From: an uncultured virus (IMG/VR IMGVR_UViG_3300027582_000004) | Lineage: Duplodnaviria > Heunggongvirae > Uroviricota > Caudoviricetes | Reading direction: 5' to 3' (one strand) | DNA length: 58,680 bases | IMG/VR virus record: IMGVR_UViG_3300027582_000004 | Part shown: positions 26,869 to 36,448 of the stretch, piece after piece | How positions within the stretch are numbered: the stretch's first letter is position 1 | How the letters are laid out: every line of letters begins with the position of its first letter | Position numbers and translations under genes: made by a program | The notes under the pieces: model-generated | Seen by the model: only the letters and a program-made list of their open reading frames with translations | Told to the model about the DNA's origin: nothing | The model's database searches: none

Positions 26869-26947
26869 TATAGTCCTCTTTAGTGTATCTTTTATGTTAC
26901 ACTTTAGCGTTATTTTAAAAATAATTGTAAAAAAAGCAAATTAGTTG

Positions 26948-27008
26948 TTTACATCTATATCTATATGTGTTATATTGCTTATAGAAACAATAACTAAGGA
27001 ACTACATT
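26948..27008 (+). promoter_or_regulatory. early promoter cassette
   Basis: TTTACA-N17-TATATT followed by tatagaaacaataactaaggaactacatt; TGT-N12-ACA box at 26884. Confidence 0.8.
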
Positions 27009-27365
27009 ATGAAATATTCAGTTTACCAAATCACTCTTTCAAAATCAGATATCGCTGCTGTGAATGCAGAACAACCTAATTCAGCATATAAAGCTAAAAG
27101 AGATATGCAGTTTGACTTCGATGGCACAGGCATTGCTAATATAGCAGATGATGCTTGGACTGATGGTCATTATGGCAAAGTTTGTATGATCGAAGCTAAC
27201 AGCATGGATCAAGTATTTCATATCGGTAATGTTGGCCCTGAGTCAGCTATCGACCGTGGTCCTTTTAACACATCTATGGCTTCTATCTCAGTTGGTGATA
27301 TCATCGAAGATGAGACTGGTTCTAGGTTTGTTGTTTCTAACTTTGGTTTTCAGGAGGTAGCGTAA
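27009..27365 (+). CDS. early hypothetical protein
   Basis: Follows the cassette; SISVGDII motif. Confidence 0.75.
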   Translation: MKYSVYQITLSKSDIAAVNAEQPNSAYKAKRDMQFDFDGTGIANIADDAWTDGHYGKVCMIEANSMDQVFHIGNVGPESAIDRGPFNTSMASISVGDIIEDETGSRFVVSNFGFQEVA

Positions 27366-27366
27366 T

Positions 27367-27528
27367 ATGCAAATTAAAGGTGCAATGACTGTTTTAAATA
27401 AACAGTGTAAATTTCTCGGAATGGACTTCGATCAACTTATTGCTTTCATTCAACGTGCCCCTTTGGCACAAACTGATTTAACTATCAGAGCTTATAAAGT
27501 TTGGAGAATTAATAATGGCAGATCGTGA
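27367..27528 (+). CDS. hypothetical protein, 53 aa
   Basis: SD GGAGG, MQIKGAMTVLNKQCKFLG...; below ORF-track cutoff. Confidence 0.6.
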   Translation: MQIKGAMTVLNKQCKFLGMDFDQLIAFIQRAPLAQTDLTIRAYKVWRINNGRS

Positions 27529-27781
27529 ATACTTTGAATATGAAGGTACTATATATGATGTTACCTTTAATGAATCAGAAACGGTCCGTCATGGCGGACC
27601 TTTCGACCGTGGTTCAGCAGATAACTATTATCGCCGTTCGTCTCGTCCTCATTTCTTTATTGGCGATACTCATAATTCAGAACTTGTTGAATTAGAGAAT
27701 ATGACGGAAGACCAGATAAAAGAATATAATGCTGGTTGGGAATATAATGAAAATGTTAACAGAGATTGGAAGTGTTGGTAA
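27515..27781 (+). CDS. hypothetical phage protein
   Basis: HGGPFDRGSADNYY...EYNAGW. Confidence 0.7.
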   Translation: MADREYFEYEGTIYDVTFNESETVRHGGPFDRGSADNYYRRSSRPHFFIGDTHNSELVELENMTEDQIKEYNAGWEYNENVNRDWKCW

Positions 27782-28626
27782 TGATATTACTTGATTATAA
27801 TGCAATTGCTATTGGCAATTTTGTGGTACAGAAAGTAGCAGTAGATGAGAATATGATCCGTCATATGATCCTTAACTCTATTCGTATGTATCGTCAGAAG
27901 TTTGGCAAAGAATATGGCGAGATGGTTATTGTTGCCGATGGTATGAACAACTGGCGTAAAGATGTGTTTCCTAATTACAAGGTAAAGCGCAAGAAGAACC
28001 GAGAGGAATCGTCTATTGACTGGACTGAAGCCTTCCGTATTATTGGTATGGTCAGAGATGAGATCAGAGATAACTTTCCTTATAAGGTAGTGCATCAAGA
28101 TGGTTGCGAAGCAGACGATTCTATTGCTCACATTGCTATGTCGACACAAGAGTTTGGTCGCTACGAACCAGTAATGATTATATCTGCAGACGGTGACTTT
28201 AAACAGTTACAAGTTCATAAGAACATTCGGCAGTATTCTCCTCTCACTAAGAAACTGGTTGTAGAAAAGAACCCTAAATTAGAGTTAGCTAATAAGATCC
28301 TTAAAGGTGACTCTGGTGATGGCGTTCCTAATGTTATGTCTGATGATAATGTTTTTTTAGAGAGCAGGAGACAGAGTATCTTATCTGCCAAGAAAAGAGA
28401 AGCACTCCTTGACGATCCTAGGGCGCTTGGCGAAGAGGTTTATCGCAACTATTTGCGTAATAAGAAACTTATTGACTTGTCAGAGACACCAGCTTCTGTG
28501 GTTAATAATATTATAAATACCTATGATAGTCAAGATCCTTTATCTAATAAAGGTAAGGTTCTTAACTATCTTATTCAGAAACGATGTAAATTACTAATTG
28601 AAAGTGTAGGAGAATTTATTTTATGA
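27781..28626 (+). CDS. rnh: T4-like RNase H / 5'-3' flap exonuclease
   Basis: MILLD, NWRKDVFPNYK, EADD, ISADGDF, LKGDSGDGVPN. Confidence 0.92.
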   Translation: MILLDYNAIAIGNFVVQKVAVDENMIRHMILNSIRMYRQKFGKEYGEMVIVADGMNNWRKDVFPNYKVKRKKNREESSIDWTEAFRIIGMVRDEIRDNFPYKVVHQDGCEADDSIAHIAMSTQEFGRYEPVMIISADGDFKQLQVHKNIRQYSPLTKKLVVEKNPKLELANKILKGDSGDGVPNVMSDDNVFLESRRQSILSAKKREALLDDPRALGEEVYRNYLRNKKLIDLSETPASVVNNIINTYDSQDPLSNKGKVLNYLIQKRCKLLIESVGEFIL

Positions 28627-29042
28627 AACTTGTATATGAGGTTCTTGAAGAGTATAACAAGGCCCGAACAAAAGCAGACCGTGTAAGGATCTTGCAACAA
28701 AACGAAACTTGGGCTCTCAAGGACATTATTAGGGGCACTATGGATACTAGTGTAGAATGGAATTTGCCAGGAGGCGAACCACCTTATGTACCAAATCGCC
28801 CTGAAAGTACCCCGTCAAATCTTTTTAAAAGGCACAAAAGTTTTATTAACTTTGTTAAAGGAGGGCCAGGTGACAGCCTGCCCAAAGTAAAAAGAGAAAA
28901 GCTATTCATTGGCCTTCTTGAATCGATTGACCCAAATGACGCTAAACTCGTAATATCTATGATCAATAAGGAGAAACCTGTAAGACAGCTAACTAGGCCC
29001 ATTGTAAATGAAGCCTATCCTGGCTTACTCCGAGATGAGTAG
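28623..29042 (+). CDS. conserved T4-like hypothetical protein (DUF6433-like)
   Basis: LPGGEPPY...KREKLFIGLLESIDPNDA. Confidence 0.7.
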   Translation: MKLVYEVLEEYNKARTKADRVRILQQNETWALKDIIRGTMDTSVEWNLPGGEPPYVPNRPESTPSNLFKRHKSFINFVKGGPGDSLPKVKREKLFIGLLESIDPNDAKLVISMINKEKPVRQLTRPIVNEAYPGLLRDE

Positions 29043-29066
29043 TAATTACATCATAACTCAACTTCA

Positions 29067-29098
29067 AAGGCCCATTGCTTGCAGTGTTGGCCTTTTTT
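29067..29098 (+). terminator. probable terminator
   Basis: aaggcc...ggcctt followed by T run. Confidence 0.5.
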
Positions 29099-29118
29099 GC
29101 ATTAAGGAAACTAAAAAT

Positions 29119-29298
29119 ATGATTTCAGCACAAATTGAACGTCTACGAAAAGATTCGAGAGAATTAGGCTCATATATTAAGAAACTTGAAAAGAAAGGCA
29201 GAAGTGATCTCATTCATAAGGTCTCTAAGAAACAACAGTTCATTGACCAACATATCGAAGACGTCCTTACCGTGGTAGACAATCGGCGTGCAAATTAA
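29119..29298 (+). CDS. hypothetical protein
   Basis: SD AAGGA; likely start MISAQIERL. Confidence 0.65.
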   Translation: MISAQIERLRKDSRELGSYIKKLEKKGRSDLIHKVSKKQQFIDQHIEDVLTVVDNRRAN

Positions 29299-29311
29299 TT
29301 AAATTAGGGGG

Positions 29312-29365
29312 TTTACATCTCCACCAAGGTATGGTATAATAAATAAACTAATTTTGGTGGAGATG
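29312..29365 (+). promoter_or_regulatory. promoter embedded in an SD-sequestering inverted repeat
   Basis: TTTACA-N17-TATAAT; catctccaccaa (29316-29327) / ttggtggagatg (29354-29365). Confidence 0.7.
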
Positions 29366-29372
29366 GTATACC

Positions 29373-29939
29373 ATGAATATTTTTATCCTAGACAAAGACC
29401 CAGTGGTCTCAGCACAGCTACAGTGCGACAAACATGTAGTCAAGATGATTGTAGAGTCAGCTCAGATGCTATCTACAGCACACAGAATGTTAGATGGTTA
29501 CATGGAAACTCGTCCATCTAAATCTGGTAAACGCATGGTTAAATACTATGTACACCAAGATCCATACCTAGAAGAAAATCTATACAAGGCAGTTCATCAC
29601 TATCACCCTTGTACCGTATGGACTTGTGAAACTAATTCCAATTACAATTGGCACTACAAACACTTTATTGCTTTGTGTGACGAATATACTTATAGGTATG
29701 GCAAAGTACATGCTACAGATACTAAGATGCGTGACTTACTTAGACGTCCACCTGTAATGACTAACTACAGTAATGATGTTACACCATTCAGACTTGCCAT
29801 GGCAGACTATCCAGAATGTATTGCCCTTGGTGATCCAGTACAAGCATACCAAGCCTTCTATCAAACTAAACAAGACCGTTTTACAATGGCTTGGACTAAA
29901 CGTGATATACCGGAGTGGTTTAATGTTCGAGCAGCTTGA
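29373..29939 (+). CDS. pyrimidine dimer DNA glycosylase / endonuclease V-like protein
   Basis: MNIFILD...CDKHVVKMIVESAQMLST...HPCTVW...EYTYRYGKVH. Confidence 0.8.
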   Translation: MNIFILDKDPVVSAQLQCDKHVVKMIVESAQMLSTAHRMLDGYMETRPSKSGKRMVKYYVHQDPYLEENLYKAVHHYHPCTVWTCETNSNYNWHYKHFIALCDEYTYRYGKVHATDTKMRDLLRRPPVMTNYSNDVTPFRLAMADYPECIALGDPVQAYQAFYQTKQDRFTMAWTKRDIPEWFNVRAA

Positions 29940-30291
29940 GTACAAAGTTGTTGAAGAAATAAAATTTGGTGACCCTAAATCCCCAGGTACTTGGCTTCGA
30001 TTAGAAGTAAGTGAGAAGGGTAACCATGTTATAAGACTTTGGTCCGGAGCCGGTAAGCATAGGCAATGGAAAGTCATGTATAGATACAATGTTGAAGATA
30101 ATTGGAACTCATGGAAGAAACTATTTAATGCCAAGCTACACCCTAAAAAATCAAAAGGACGAAAGACACGATGTGATAATGTCGTGGACGGAACTCCAAA
30201 GTCACCTAGAAAAAAATCCAAACCTAAAGCTAGTGCCAAGCACACCAAAAATAGTAAGTCAGCAGGGAACAAATCTAGGAAAAACAAGTGA
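29923..30291 (+). CDS. hypothetical protein
   Basis: SD GGAG before MFEQLEY; basic tail overlaps the next gene. Confidence 0.5.
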   Translation: MFEQLEYKVVEEIKFGDPKSPGTWLRLEVSEKGNHVIRLWSGAGKHRQWKVMYRYNVEDNWNSWKKLFNAKLHPKKSKGRKTRCDNVVDGTPKSPRKKSKPKASAKHTKNSKSAGNKSRKNK

Positions 30292-30358
30292 CGGATATAA
30301 AGACTTGTTAAAAAATATGAAAGCACATGCTGGTGAAGGGGCTAATATAAAAACATGA
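30128..30358 (+). CDS. FmdB-like small protein
   Basis: MPSYTLKN..., a type often found upstream of phoH in T4-like phages. Confidence 0.55.
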   Translation: MPSYTLKNQKDERHDVIMSWTELQSHLEKNPNLKLVPSTPKIVSQQGTNLGKTSDGYKDLLKNMKAHAGEGANIKT

Positions 30359-31047
30359 GTAGAAAAACCACAAAGAGTATGCTGCTCCGTATCGATGATA
30401 TGTCTGAATTTAAACCTATTACAGAAAATCAAAAGCTTGCTGTAGAGGCATGGGACGAAGGTGATAATCTTATCTTGTCTGGTTCAGCTGGTACTGGTAA
30501 GACATTCTTGGCTATCTCACTTGGTCTTGAAGATGTATTAGATAAAGAGACAGAGTATGAGAAACTCACTATCGTAAGATCAATCGTACCTACACGTGAT
30601 ATTGGATTTCTACCAGGCAATGAGGAAGAAAAGAAAGATGCTTATACAGCACCGTATCGTGGCATTCTTACAGAAATCTTCCAAGATAAACTAGCATGGC
30701 AGAAATTAACTGTAGCTAATGCAATAGACTTTGAATCGACATCTTTTATAAGAGGTGTGACGTTTAGAGATACTGTCATTATTGTAGATGAAATGCAGAA
30801 CCTAACTTTCCATGAATTGGATTCTGTAATCACAAGAATTGGTGAAAACTGTAAGATTATATTCTGCGGTGACTTCCATCAATCAGACTTCCGCTTTGAA
30901 GATGAGCGTGACGGTCTGCCTAAATTTATTAATCTAATTGAACAACTAAAAGATTTCAGTACGATTAACTTTGACTGGAAAGATATAGTTAGGTCAGGTA
31001 TTGTTAGAGATTATATCATGACCAAGGAGATGCAAGGAAACTTCTAA
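30355..31047 (+). CDS. phoH: PhoH-family ATPase
   Basis: GSAGTGKT, IGFLPG, FIRGVTF, DEMQN, GDFHQSD. Confidence 0.92.
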   Translation: MSRKTTKSMLLRIDDMSEFKPITENQKLAVEAWDEGDNLILSGSAGTGKTFLAISLGLEDVLDKETEYEKLTIVRSIVPTRDIGFLPGNEEEKKDAYTAPYRGILTEIFQDKLAWQKLTVANAIDFESTSFIRGVTFRDTVIIVDEMQNLTFHELDSVITRIGENCKIIFCGDFHQSDFRFEDERDGLPKFINLIEQLKDFSTINFDWKDIVRSGIVRDYIMTKEMQGNF

Positions 31048-31052
31048 TTATT

Positions 31053-31733
31053 ATGAAAACATTTATTCACGAAAAGGTTGACTTAGGATATGATGATCTT
31101 AAAGCAATTACCCTACCGAGTGGTAGAACATATATCGACCCAGAAGGTAACCGATATCCTAGTATCACCACTGTACTCTCAGTACTTAGTAGAGATTCCA
31201 TACAAAAGTGGAGACAAAGAGTAGGTGAAGTTGAAGCTAATAAAATATCACACCGTGCTTCGACAAGAGGCACGGCAGTTCATGATATTGTTGAGAAGTA
31301 TCTTGATAATGAAGTTGATCTAACTAAATATACATTTGATGTAATACAAAGTTGGAAGAACTTGCAGCCTATTCTTGACGAACGCCTTAGTGTAATCTAT
31401 GAACAAGAATGCCCTCTGTACTCTAAATATCTTGGAGTTGCTGGTAGGGTTGACTGCGTTGGTGTGTTTGATGGAGTGCCTAGTATTATTGATTTTAAAA
31501 CATCACGTAAATTAAAAAAGCGTGAATGGGTAACAAACTACTTTCAACAGGAAGCCGCATATGCTATAATGTGGGAAGAACGCACTGGTATGCCTATTAC
31601 AAATCTTGTGACTATTATGGATGTTGATAATGAACAGCCCGTAGTATTTAAAGAACATAGAGATGAATGGGCACCAAAACTATTAGAAACTATTGAACTA
31701 TATCACGCAGAAGAAAGAAAAAAACCTTTATGA
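31053..31733 (+). CDS. PD-(D/E)XK (Cas4-like) exonuclease
   Basis: YPSITTVL, RGTAVH, AGRVD, IIDFKTS, QEAAY. Confidence 0.85.
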   Translation: MKTFIHEKVDLGYDDLKAITLPSGRTYIDPEGNRYPSITTVLSVLSRDSIQKWRQRVGEVEANKISHRASTRGTAVHDIVEKYLDNEVDLTKYTFDVIQSWKNLQPILDERLSVIYEQECPLYSKYLGVAGRVDCVGVFDGVPSIIDFKTSRKLKKREWVTNYFQQEAAYAIMWEERTGMPITNLVTIMDVDNEQPVVFKEHRDEWAPKLLETIELYHAEERKKPL

Positions 31734-31963
31734 ACATCTTCACTACACTTAATCTAAGAACTGAGTTTGAGTCAATCGTTGCGTTTGGTAAAAAATATGA
31801 TTTGCCTAACCACAATAGTGATATAAATAGTCTTGTATTCTTTGTTAATGAAGGGTATAAGAAAAATAGATTCCGCAAACATTATGATCGTGCACTTGAA
31901 ATAGCGGAGAGTATATTGAAAGAACACGATGGGCAAGACACTAGAAAAAGGCTCGATATTTGA
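31730..31963 (+). CDS. hypothetical protein
   Basis: ATGA overlap. Confidence 0.6.
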   Translation: MNIFTTLNLRTEFESIVAFGKKYDLPNHNSDINSLVFFVNEGYKKNRFRKHYDRALEIAESILKEHDGQDTRKRLDI

Positions 31964-32270
31964 AGCTGCAGACAAAGACGGTGATGGAGTAGTCACTGAC
32001 GCAGAGTTTGCACAACACGAGAGAATGATTCGCCTAGAAAATGAAGATAAGAAAGAAGACGCTCAAAGAGCCATGACTTGGTTTGCATTAATGGGTATGT
32101 TATTATATCCGTTTGCTGTTATGGGTGCAATTGCTCTCGGAGGTATGGAAGCTGCAAAGGTACTAGGTACTATGTCTGCTACATACTTTGTATCCGTTGC
32201 TGGTATTGTTGGCGTATTCTTTGGTTCACAAGCATACTCAAAAGGTAAAAGCGACACTCCTAAAAAATAG
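31929..32270 (+). CDS. EF-hand plus 2-TM membrane protein (holin-like topology)
   Basis: DKDGDGVVTDAE EF-hand loop followed by two hydrophobic helices. Confidence 0.6.
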   Translation: MGKTLEKGSIFEAADKDGDGVVTDAEFAQHERMIRLENEDKKEDAQRAMTWFALMGMLLYPFAVMGAIALGGMEAAKVLGTMSATYFVSVAGIVGVFFGSQAYSKGKSDTPKK

Positions 32271-32278
32271 GTTATATA

Positions 32279-33067
32279 ATGAAAAAAATGATATATCAAG
32301 TCTACACTGGCAAGTCCTCTAGGCTATATGATTGGTGTACTGATAGTGTAGAAGCATATGCAAAAAGAATTGGTGCTGACTACATACAGCTTAACGTACC
32401 TGTTCTTAAAATTAAACCAGATCCATTTGTTACTAATAGAAGTAAAGAGTCGTACGAGAAGTATGGTGGCTTTTTACCTATCTATGAGAAAGAGAATGCA
32501 TTTAAATACTTTGATAGATATGATCAGATTGCTATTATTGATGCAGACATCTATATCAGAGACACAGCTCCCAACATTTTTAAAGAACTAAAACCAGAAA
32601 CAGATTTTGCTGGTGTATATGAACGTGAGATGCCAGTCACGCCACAGTATGGTGCTAAGATCCGTAACTACTCTCACATGCAATATGGTAAGTTTGAGAA
32701 GCACTTTGACTTTAATCATGCATATGGTGCTCCGTTTATGAATATGGGTATGATGGTTATGAATAATTCCTTTAGTAAATATCTTGGTGGATTATCACCA
32801 AAAGACTGGCTTATGCAACCGGTCTTTAAAGATTTTATTGATGGCTTAGGAGCATGGAAATGGTCAACAGATCAGACATTACTTAATTGTTTTATACGCT
32901 CTAAGAATATGAATGTACAGCATCTAGGTTATGAGTGGAATGGTTTATACACAGCTATCCCAGATGATAAGATAAAGGACTGCCACTTTGTCCATTTCTT
33001 CTTAAAAGATAAACTACCTGCTGCCGGTGAAAATGTAGAGGAACTAAAACGTATATGCCAAATTTAA
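32279..33067 (+). CDS. GT-A glycosyltransferase
   Basis: IIDADIY, NMGMMV, TDQTLLN, HFVHF. Confidence 0.75.
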   Translation: MKKMIYQVYTGKSSRLYDWCTDSVEAYAKRIGADYIQLNVPVLKIKPDPFVTNRSKESYEKYGGFLPIYEKENAFKYFDRYDQIAIIDADIYIRDTAPNIFKELKPETDFAGVYEREMPVTPQYGAKIRNYSHMQYGKFEKHFDFNHAYGAPFMNMGMMVMNNSFSKYLGGLSPKDWLMQPVFKDFIDGLGAWKWSTDQTLLNCFIRSKNMNVQHLGYEWNGLYTAIPDDKIKDCHFVHFFLKDKLPAAGENVEELKRICQI

Positions 33068-33738
33068 TCTTACAACATTATGATGGTATCTTAGGTGAAC
33101 TAGAAAAGGCATCTGTGGCTAACATAAAAGCATATGCTAAAATGGTTGGTGCTGATTATAGACTTATTGTAGGAAGACCATTTAGAAAATGGTTAGAACC
33201 AGCTCCTCAGAAATGTTATATGATTAATGAAGAATATGACGAATACGATGATGTTCTTATGGTAGACATTGATATGTTTACACCAGTTGGTATGGAGATT
33301 AATGTATTTGATCAAGTTGGTGTTGGCATGTATAATCCTGTACAACAAATGCTGCACCGCAAAATAGTTAATATGTATCCAGATATTGCCAGTGCTGACT
33401 CTCCTTATTGGGGTGGTGCGATATACAAGATGGGTAAAGAGTTAAGAAAGACATTAAGATCAGCTGGCGAATCTTTTACTAATGATGACTGGCTCCAAAA
33501 CTTTACTCACTATCACTTTGCAGATGAGGGTATCTTTCATGCTTATGCTACAAGAGCAATGATACCTTTTACTAAAGATATGATTATTGATCAGAAGTGG
33601 TGTTACTGTAGTTACTTACCTAATGTTGAAGATGCTGGATTTATACACATGAGAACTAAGGTTACACCTCAAGGACCTAAAAGAGAAAAAATAGAAAACT
33701 ATCGTGATCTGGTAAAAAGAGGTATTATCAATGGCTAA
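33055..33738 (+). CDS. GT-A glycosyltransferase
   Basis: GADY, VLMVDIDMF, DEG. Confidence 0.65.
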   Translation: MPNLILQHYDGILGELEKASVANIKAYAKMVGADYRLIVGRPFRKWLEPAPQKCYMINEEYDEYDDVLMVDIDMFTPVGMEINVFDQVGVGMYNPVQQMLHRKIVNMYPDIASADSPYWGGAIYKMGKELRKTLRSAGESFTNDDWLQNFTHYHFADEGIFHAYATRAMIPFTKDMIIDQKWCYCSYLPNVEDAGFIHMRTKVTPQGPKREKIENYRDLVKRGIING

Positions 33739-34528
33739 TCTAATTTATCAAGTATGGGCAGGAGAACTAAGACCAGCTTGTAAACATAGTTCTAAGCTAA
33801 TGAAAGAATACGCTGATCGAATTGGTGCTGATTATAGATTAGATATTGATCCTAATATAGCATCAAATTCGTGTGATGTACCTATGTACTTTGAGTGGCT
33901 TAATCCTATGTTGGATAAAAGATTTTTAGAATATGACAAAGTGCTAGTTGTTGATTTAGATGTATTTCCTACACCAGATTGCCGTAATATATTTGAAGAG
34001 GAGATTGCTGATGTTGGTATTTGTACAGAACCATTCCAAGGTAAGTATAGAGCAAAATCTGTAGTTGGTGGTTCTATCTGTTCTGCTAATGATGAAATAT
34101 GGTCAAAGCATTGTAAAAGACTTTATAATGTAGATTTACCTAGAGATGATGAAGGGTATCTAAAAGTATATAATGCCGGTATGGTGCTATTCACTAAAGA
34201 AGGTTTACTCAAGTGTATAGAAAAGTTTGTAGAGTTTCAACAATATATTGATGCTATGAGAAGTTGTAAGCTAGGTAGATTTTATACTGTAGATCAGAAT
34301 TATTTCCATGCAATGATGGTAGCACATTTAGATTATACTGAAATGGATAATGATTGGAATTGTTATATACATTATGTAAGAGGACCTTTAGGTATTACTA
34401 ATCCTATACACGATGGTAGAGGTAGTGATCCACAGCTTGTACACATACAGTTAAGTGGCGCTGATTACTTTGAAGATGATATGATAGATAGAATAACTAA
34501 TAAACCACAAGGACAATGGAATTTATGA
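33731..34528 (+). CDS. GT-A glycosyltransferase
   Basis: VVDLDVF, YNAGMV, DQNY, WN. Confidence 0.75.
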   Translation: MANLIYQVWAGELRPACKHSSKLMKEYADRIGADYRLDIDPNIASNSCDVPMYFEWLNPMLDKRFLEYDKVLVVDLDVFPTPDCRNIFEEEIADVGICTEPFQGKYRAKSVVGGSICSANDEIWSKHCKRLYNVDLPRDDEGYLKVYNAGMVLFTKEGLLKCIEKFVEFQQYIDAMRSCKLGRFYTVDQNYFHAMMVAHLDYTEMDNDWNCYIHYVRGPLGITNPIHDGRGSDPQLVHIQLSGADYFEDDMIDRITNKPQGQWNL

Positions 34529-35094
34529 TTAATGCTGAATTAGGGCATGTGACAACCTTAAAGGAATTTTATAATGAAATCCGGTCACAACAAGAAGCCG
34601 CTCACGGAGATGATTATTGTGCTCAACATGATGCTTTAGTAAATCTTTTTAATAAAGAAGGTTGTACTTCATACAAAGAAATCGGTACACACCAAGGTGG
34701 TACAGCAGCTGCAGTTATGCAAACTGGTGTAGAATATATGGAACTGGTTGATATTGATATGGGTAAGTATCGTAAGTTCCTAGCTCCTATTGCTTCTAAG
34801 TATTGTAGAGATAATGATATTGAGTTAGTTGTAAAAGAAACAGATTCACTAGGGCTTGGTGCAATTGGTAAAGTGTGTGATGTAATGCTTATCGACTCTG
34901 TACATAAGCGACCCCATATGGAAAAAGAATTAGAAATGCATGCTCAATTTGCAAAAAGATATATTGTATTCCATGATACTAGTGCAGTACCTGCTCTATA
35001 TGCAGGTATCGTTGAATTTTGTAGACTAAATCCTTTTGAGATTATTGAACGTGGTACTGAGAATGTAGGTTATACAGTTATTAAGAGAAAGTAA
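34516..35094 (+). CDS. class I SAM methyltransferase (Methyltransf_24-like)
   Basis: EIGTHQGGT, LIDSVH, IVFHD; start may be 34525. Confidence 0.75.
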   Translation: MEFMINAELGHVTTLKEFYNEIRSQQEAAHGDDYCAQHDALVNLFNKEGCTSYKEIGTHQGGTAAAVMQTGVEYMELVDIDMGKYRKFLAPIASKYCRDNDIELVVKETDSLGLGAIGKVCDVMLIDSVHKRPHMEKELEMHAQFAKRYIVFHDTSAVPALYAGIVEFCRLNPFEIIERGTENVGYTVIKRK

Positions 35095-35801
35095 TGAAAG
35101 CCTTTGTTATTACAATTGATGGACACTCTGAGTCTGAAAGGGCTTCGCAAGTCTGTATTGAATCATCTTGGAAAGTTAAGAATGAATTTTCTATAAACAG
35201 ATATGAGGCATCTACACCGATAAATGCAATAGATCAGATGAAAGAATTTGATATAGATTGGAATTATCCATGGCAAGGTAAAGTACACGACTTTGCTTCA
35301 GGTCTCATTAAGAGTGCATATCAGACAGCAAATCCAAAAGCACGTATTGCTTGTGCTATGAGCCATTTTAGATTATGGACAGACTGCTATGACATTGGAC
35401 AAGACTTTCTTATACTAGAACATGATGCATACTTTACCGCAGGGCTCAAACAATCAAAAATAGATGCAATACTTGCTTCAAGATTTGATGTTATTGGTAT
35501 TAATAATCCTTTAGGTGCTACTCGTAAATCACAACAATATTATGATCAGATGCAATCAAGTAAGAATGACGTATTAGATGTTCCTATAATTGATGCATTT
35601 AATATACCACAAGGGCTTGCTGGAAATAGTGCCTATATACTTAAACCAGAGGGAGCTGAAAGGCTTCTCAGATTAGTTTACCAATATGGCTTATGGCCCA
35701 ATGATTCTATTATGTGTAGACAATTAATGCCTAGTCAACTAGGTGTTACTAAAACGTCCTATACTGCAATACAACATACACGGAGTACGACTACACAATG
35801 A
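35094..35801 (+). CDS. GT25-like glycosyltransferase
   Basis: MKAFVITI, ACAMSHFRLW, LILEHDA, AYILKPEGA, WPND. Confidence 0.8.
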   Translation: MKAFVITIDGHSESERASQVCIESSWKVKNEFSINRYEASTPINAIDQMKEFDIDWNYPWQGKVHDFASGLIKSAYQTANPKARIACAMSHFRLWTDCYDIGQDFLILEHDAYFTAGLKQSKIDAILASRFDVIGINNPLGATRKSQQYYDQMQSSKNDVLDVPIIDAFNIPQGLAGNSAYILKPEGAERLLRLVYQYGLWPNDSIMCRQLMPSQLGVTKTSYTAIQHTRSTTTQ

Positions 35802-36448
35802 AGGCTTTTGTAATTACAATAATGAGTGAAAATAAATCCGTTGAAATGGCGCAGAGATGTTGTGCAACATTTAAGAGACATAACCCTGATCACGAAATAG
35901 AAGTATTTACTGCTATTACTCCAAAAGATCAACCATTTAGTTTGGCTGATAAATGGAAAATACCATTAAGAAATTTTATGGAAAAGTATTCCAGATATGA
36001 TAGATGTGTTTCTGCCTTTCTGTCACATATGTCTTTATGGAAAAGATGTATTGTTCTGAATGAACCAATCATTATATTTGAACACGATGCCATTACAGTC
36101 GCACCTATACGCATACCTTATCCTAGAGGCATTATTAATATAGGTAAGCCTTCTTATGGTAAGTTTAAAACTCCTCAACTAGGTATAGGTCCTTTGATCT
36201 CAAAGCAATATCTACCTGGTGCTCACGCTTATGTTATCACACCACAATATGCTAAGTTACTATGCGAGATGGCTATAATGGAAGCTGGACCAACAGACGT
36301 ATATATTAATAACAATAGATTTGCTGGGCTACAAGAAATGTATCCATGGCCAGTAGAATGTGATGATAGCTTTACTACGATACAGAACGAGACTGGTTGT
36401 TTGGCTAAACATAATTATGGCGGCGGTAGTTCCTATGAAATCATCTAA
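35798..36448 (+). CDS. GT25-like glycosyltransferase
   Basis: MKAFVITI, FLSHMSLW, IFEHDA, GAHAYVITP, PTD. Confidence 0.8.
   Translation: MKAFVITIMSENKSVEMAQRCCATFKRHNPDHEIEVFTAITPKDQPFSLADKWKIPLRNFMEKYSRYDRCVSAFLSHMSLWKRCIVLNEPIIIFEHDAITVAPIRIPYPRGIINIGKPSYGKFKTPQLGIGPLISKQYLPGAHAYVITPQYAKLLCEMAIMEAGPTDVYINNNRFAGLQEMYPWPVECDDSFTTIQNETGCLAKHNYGGGSSYEII

Noticed and set aside
31053..31733. CRISPR-Cas system suggested by the Cas4-like nuclease
   Set aside because: No repeat-spacer array or other cas genes seen; this exonuclease is common in T4-like phages
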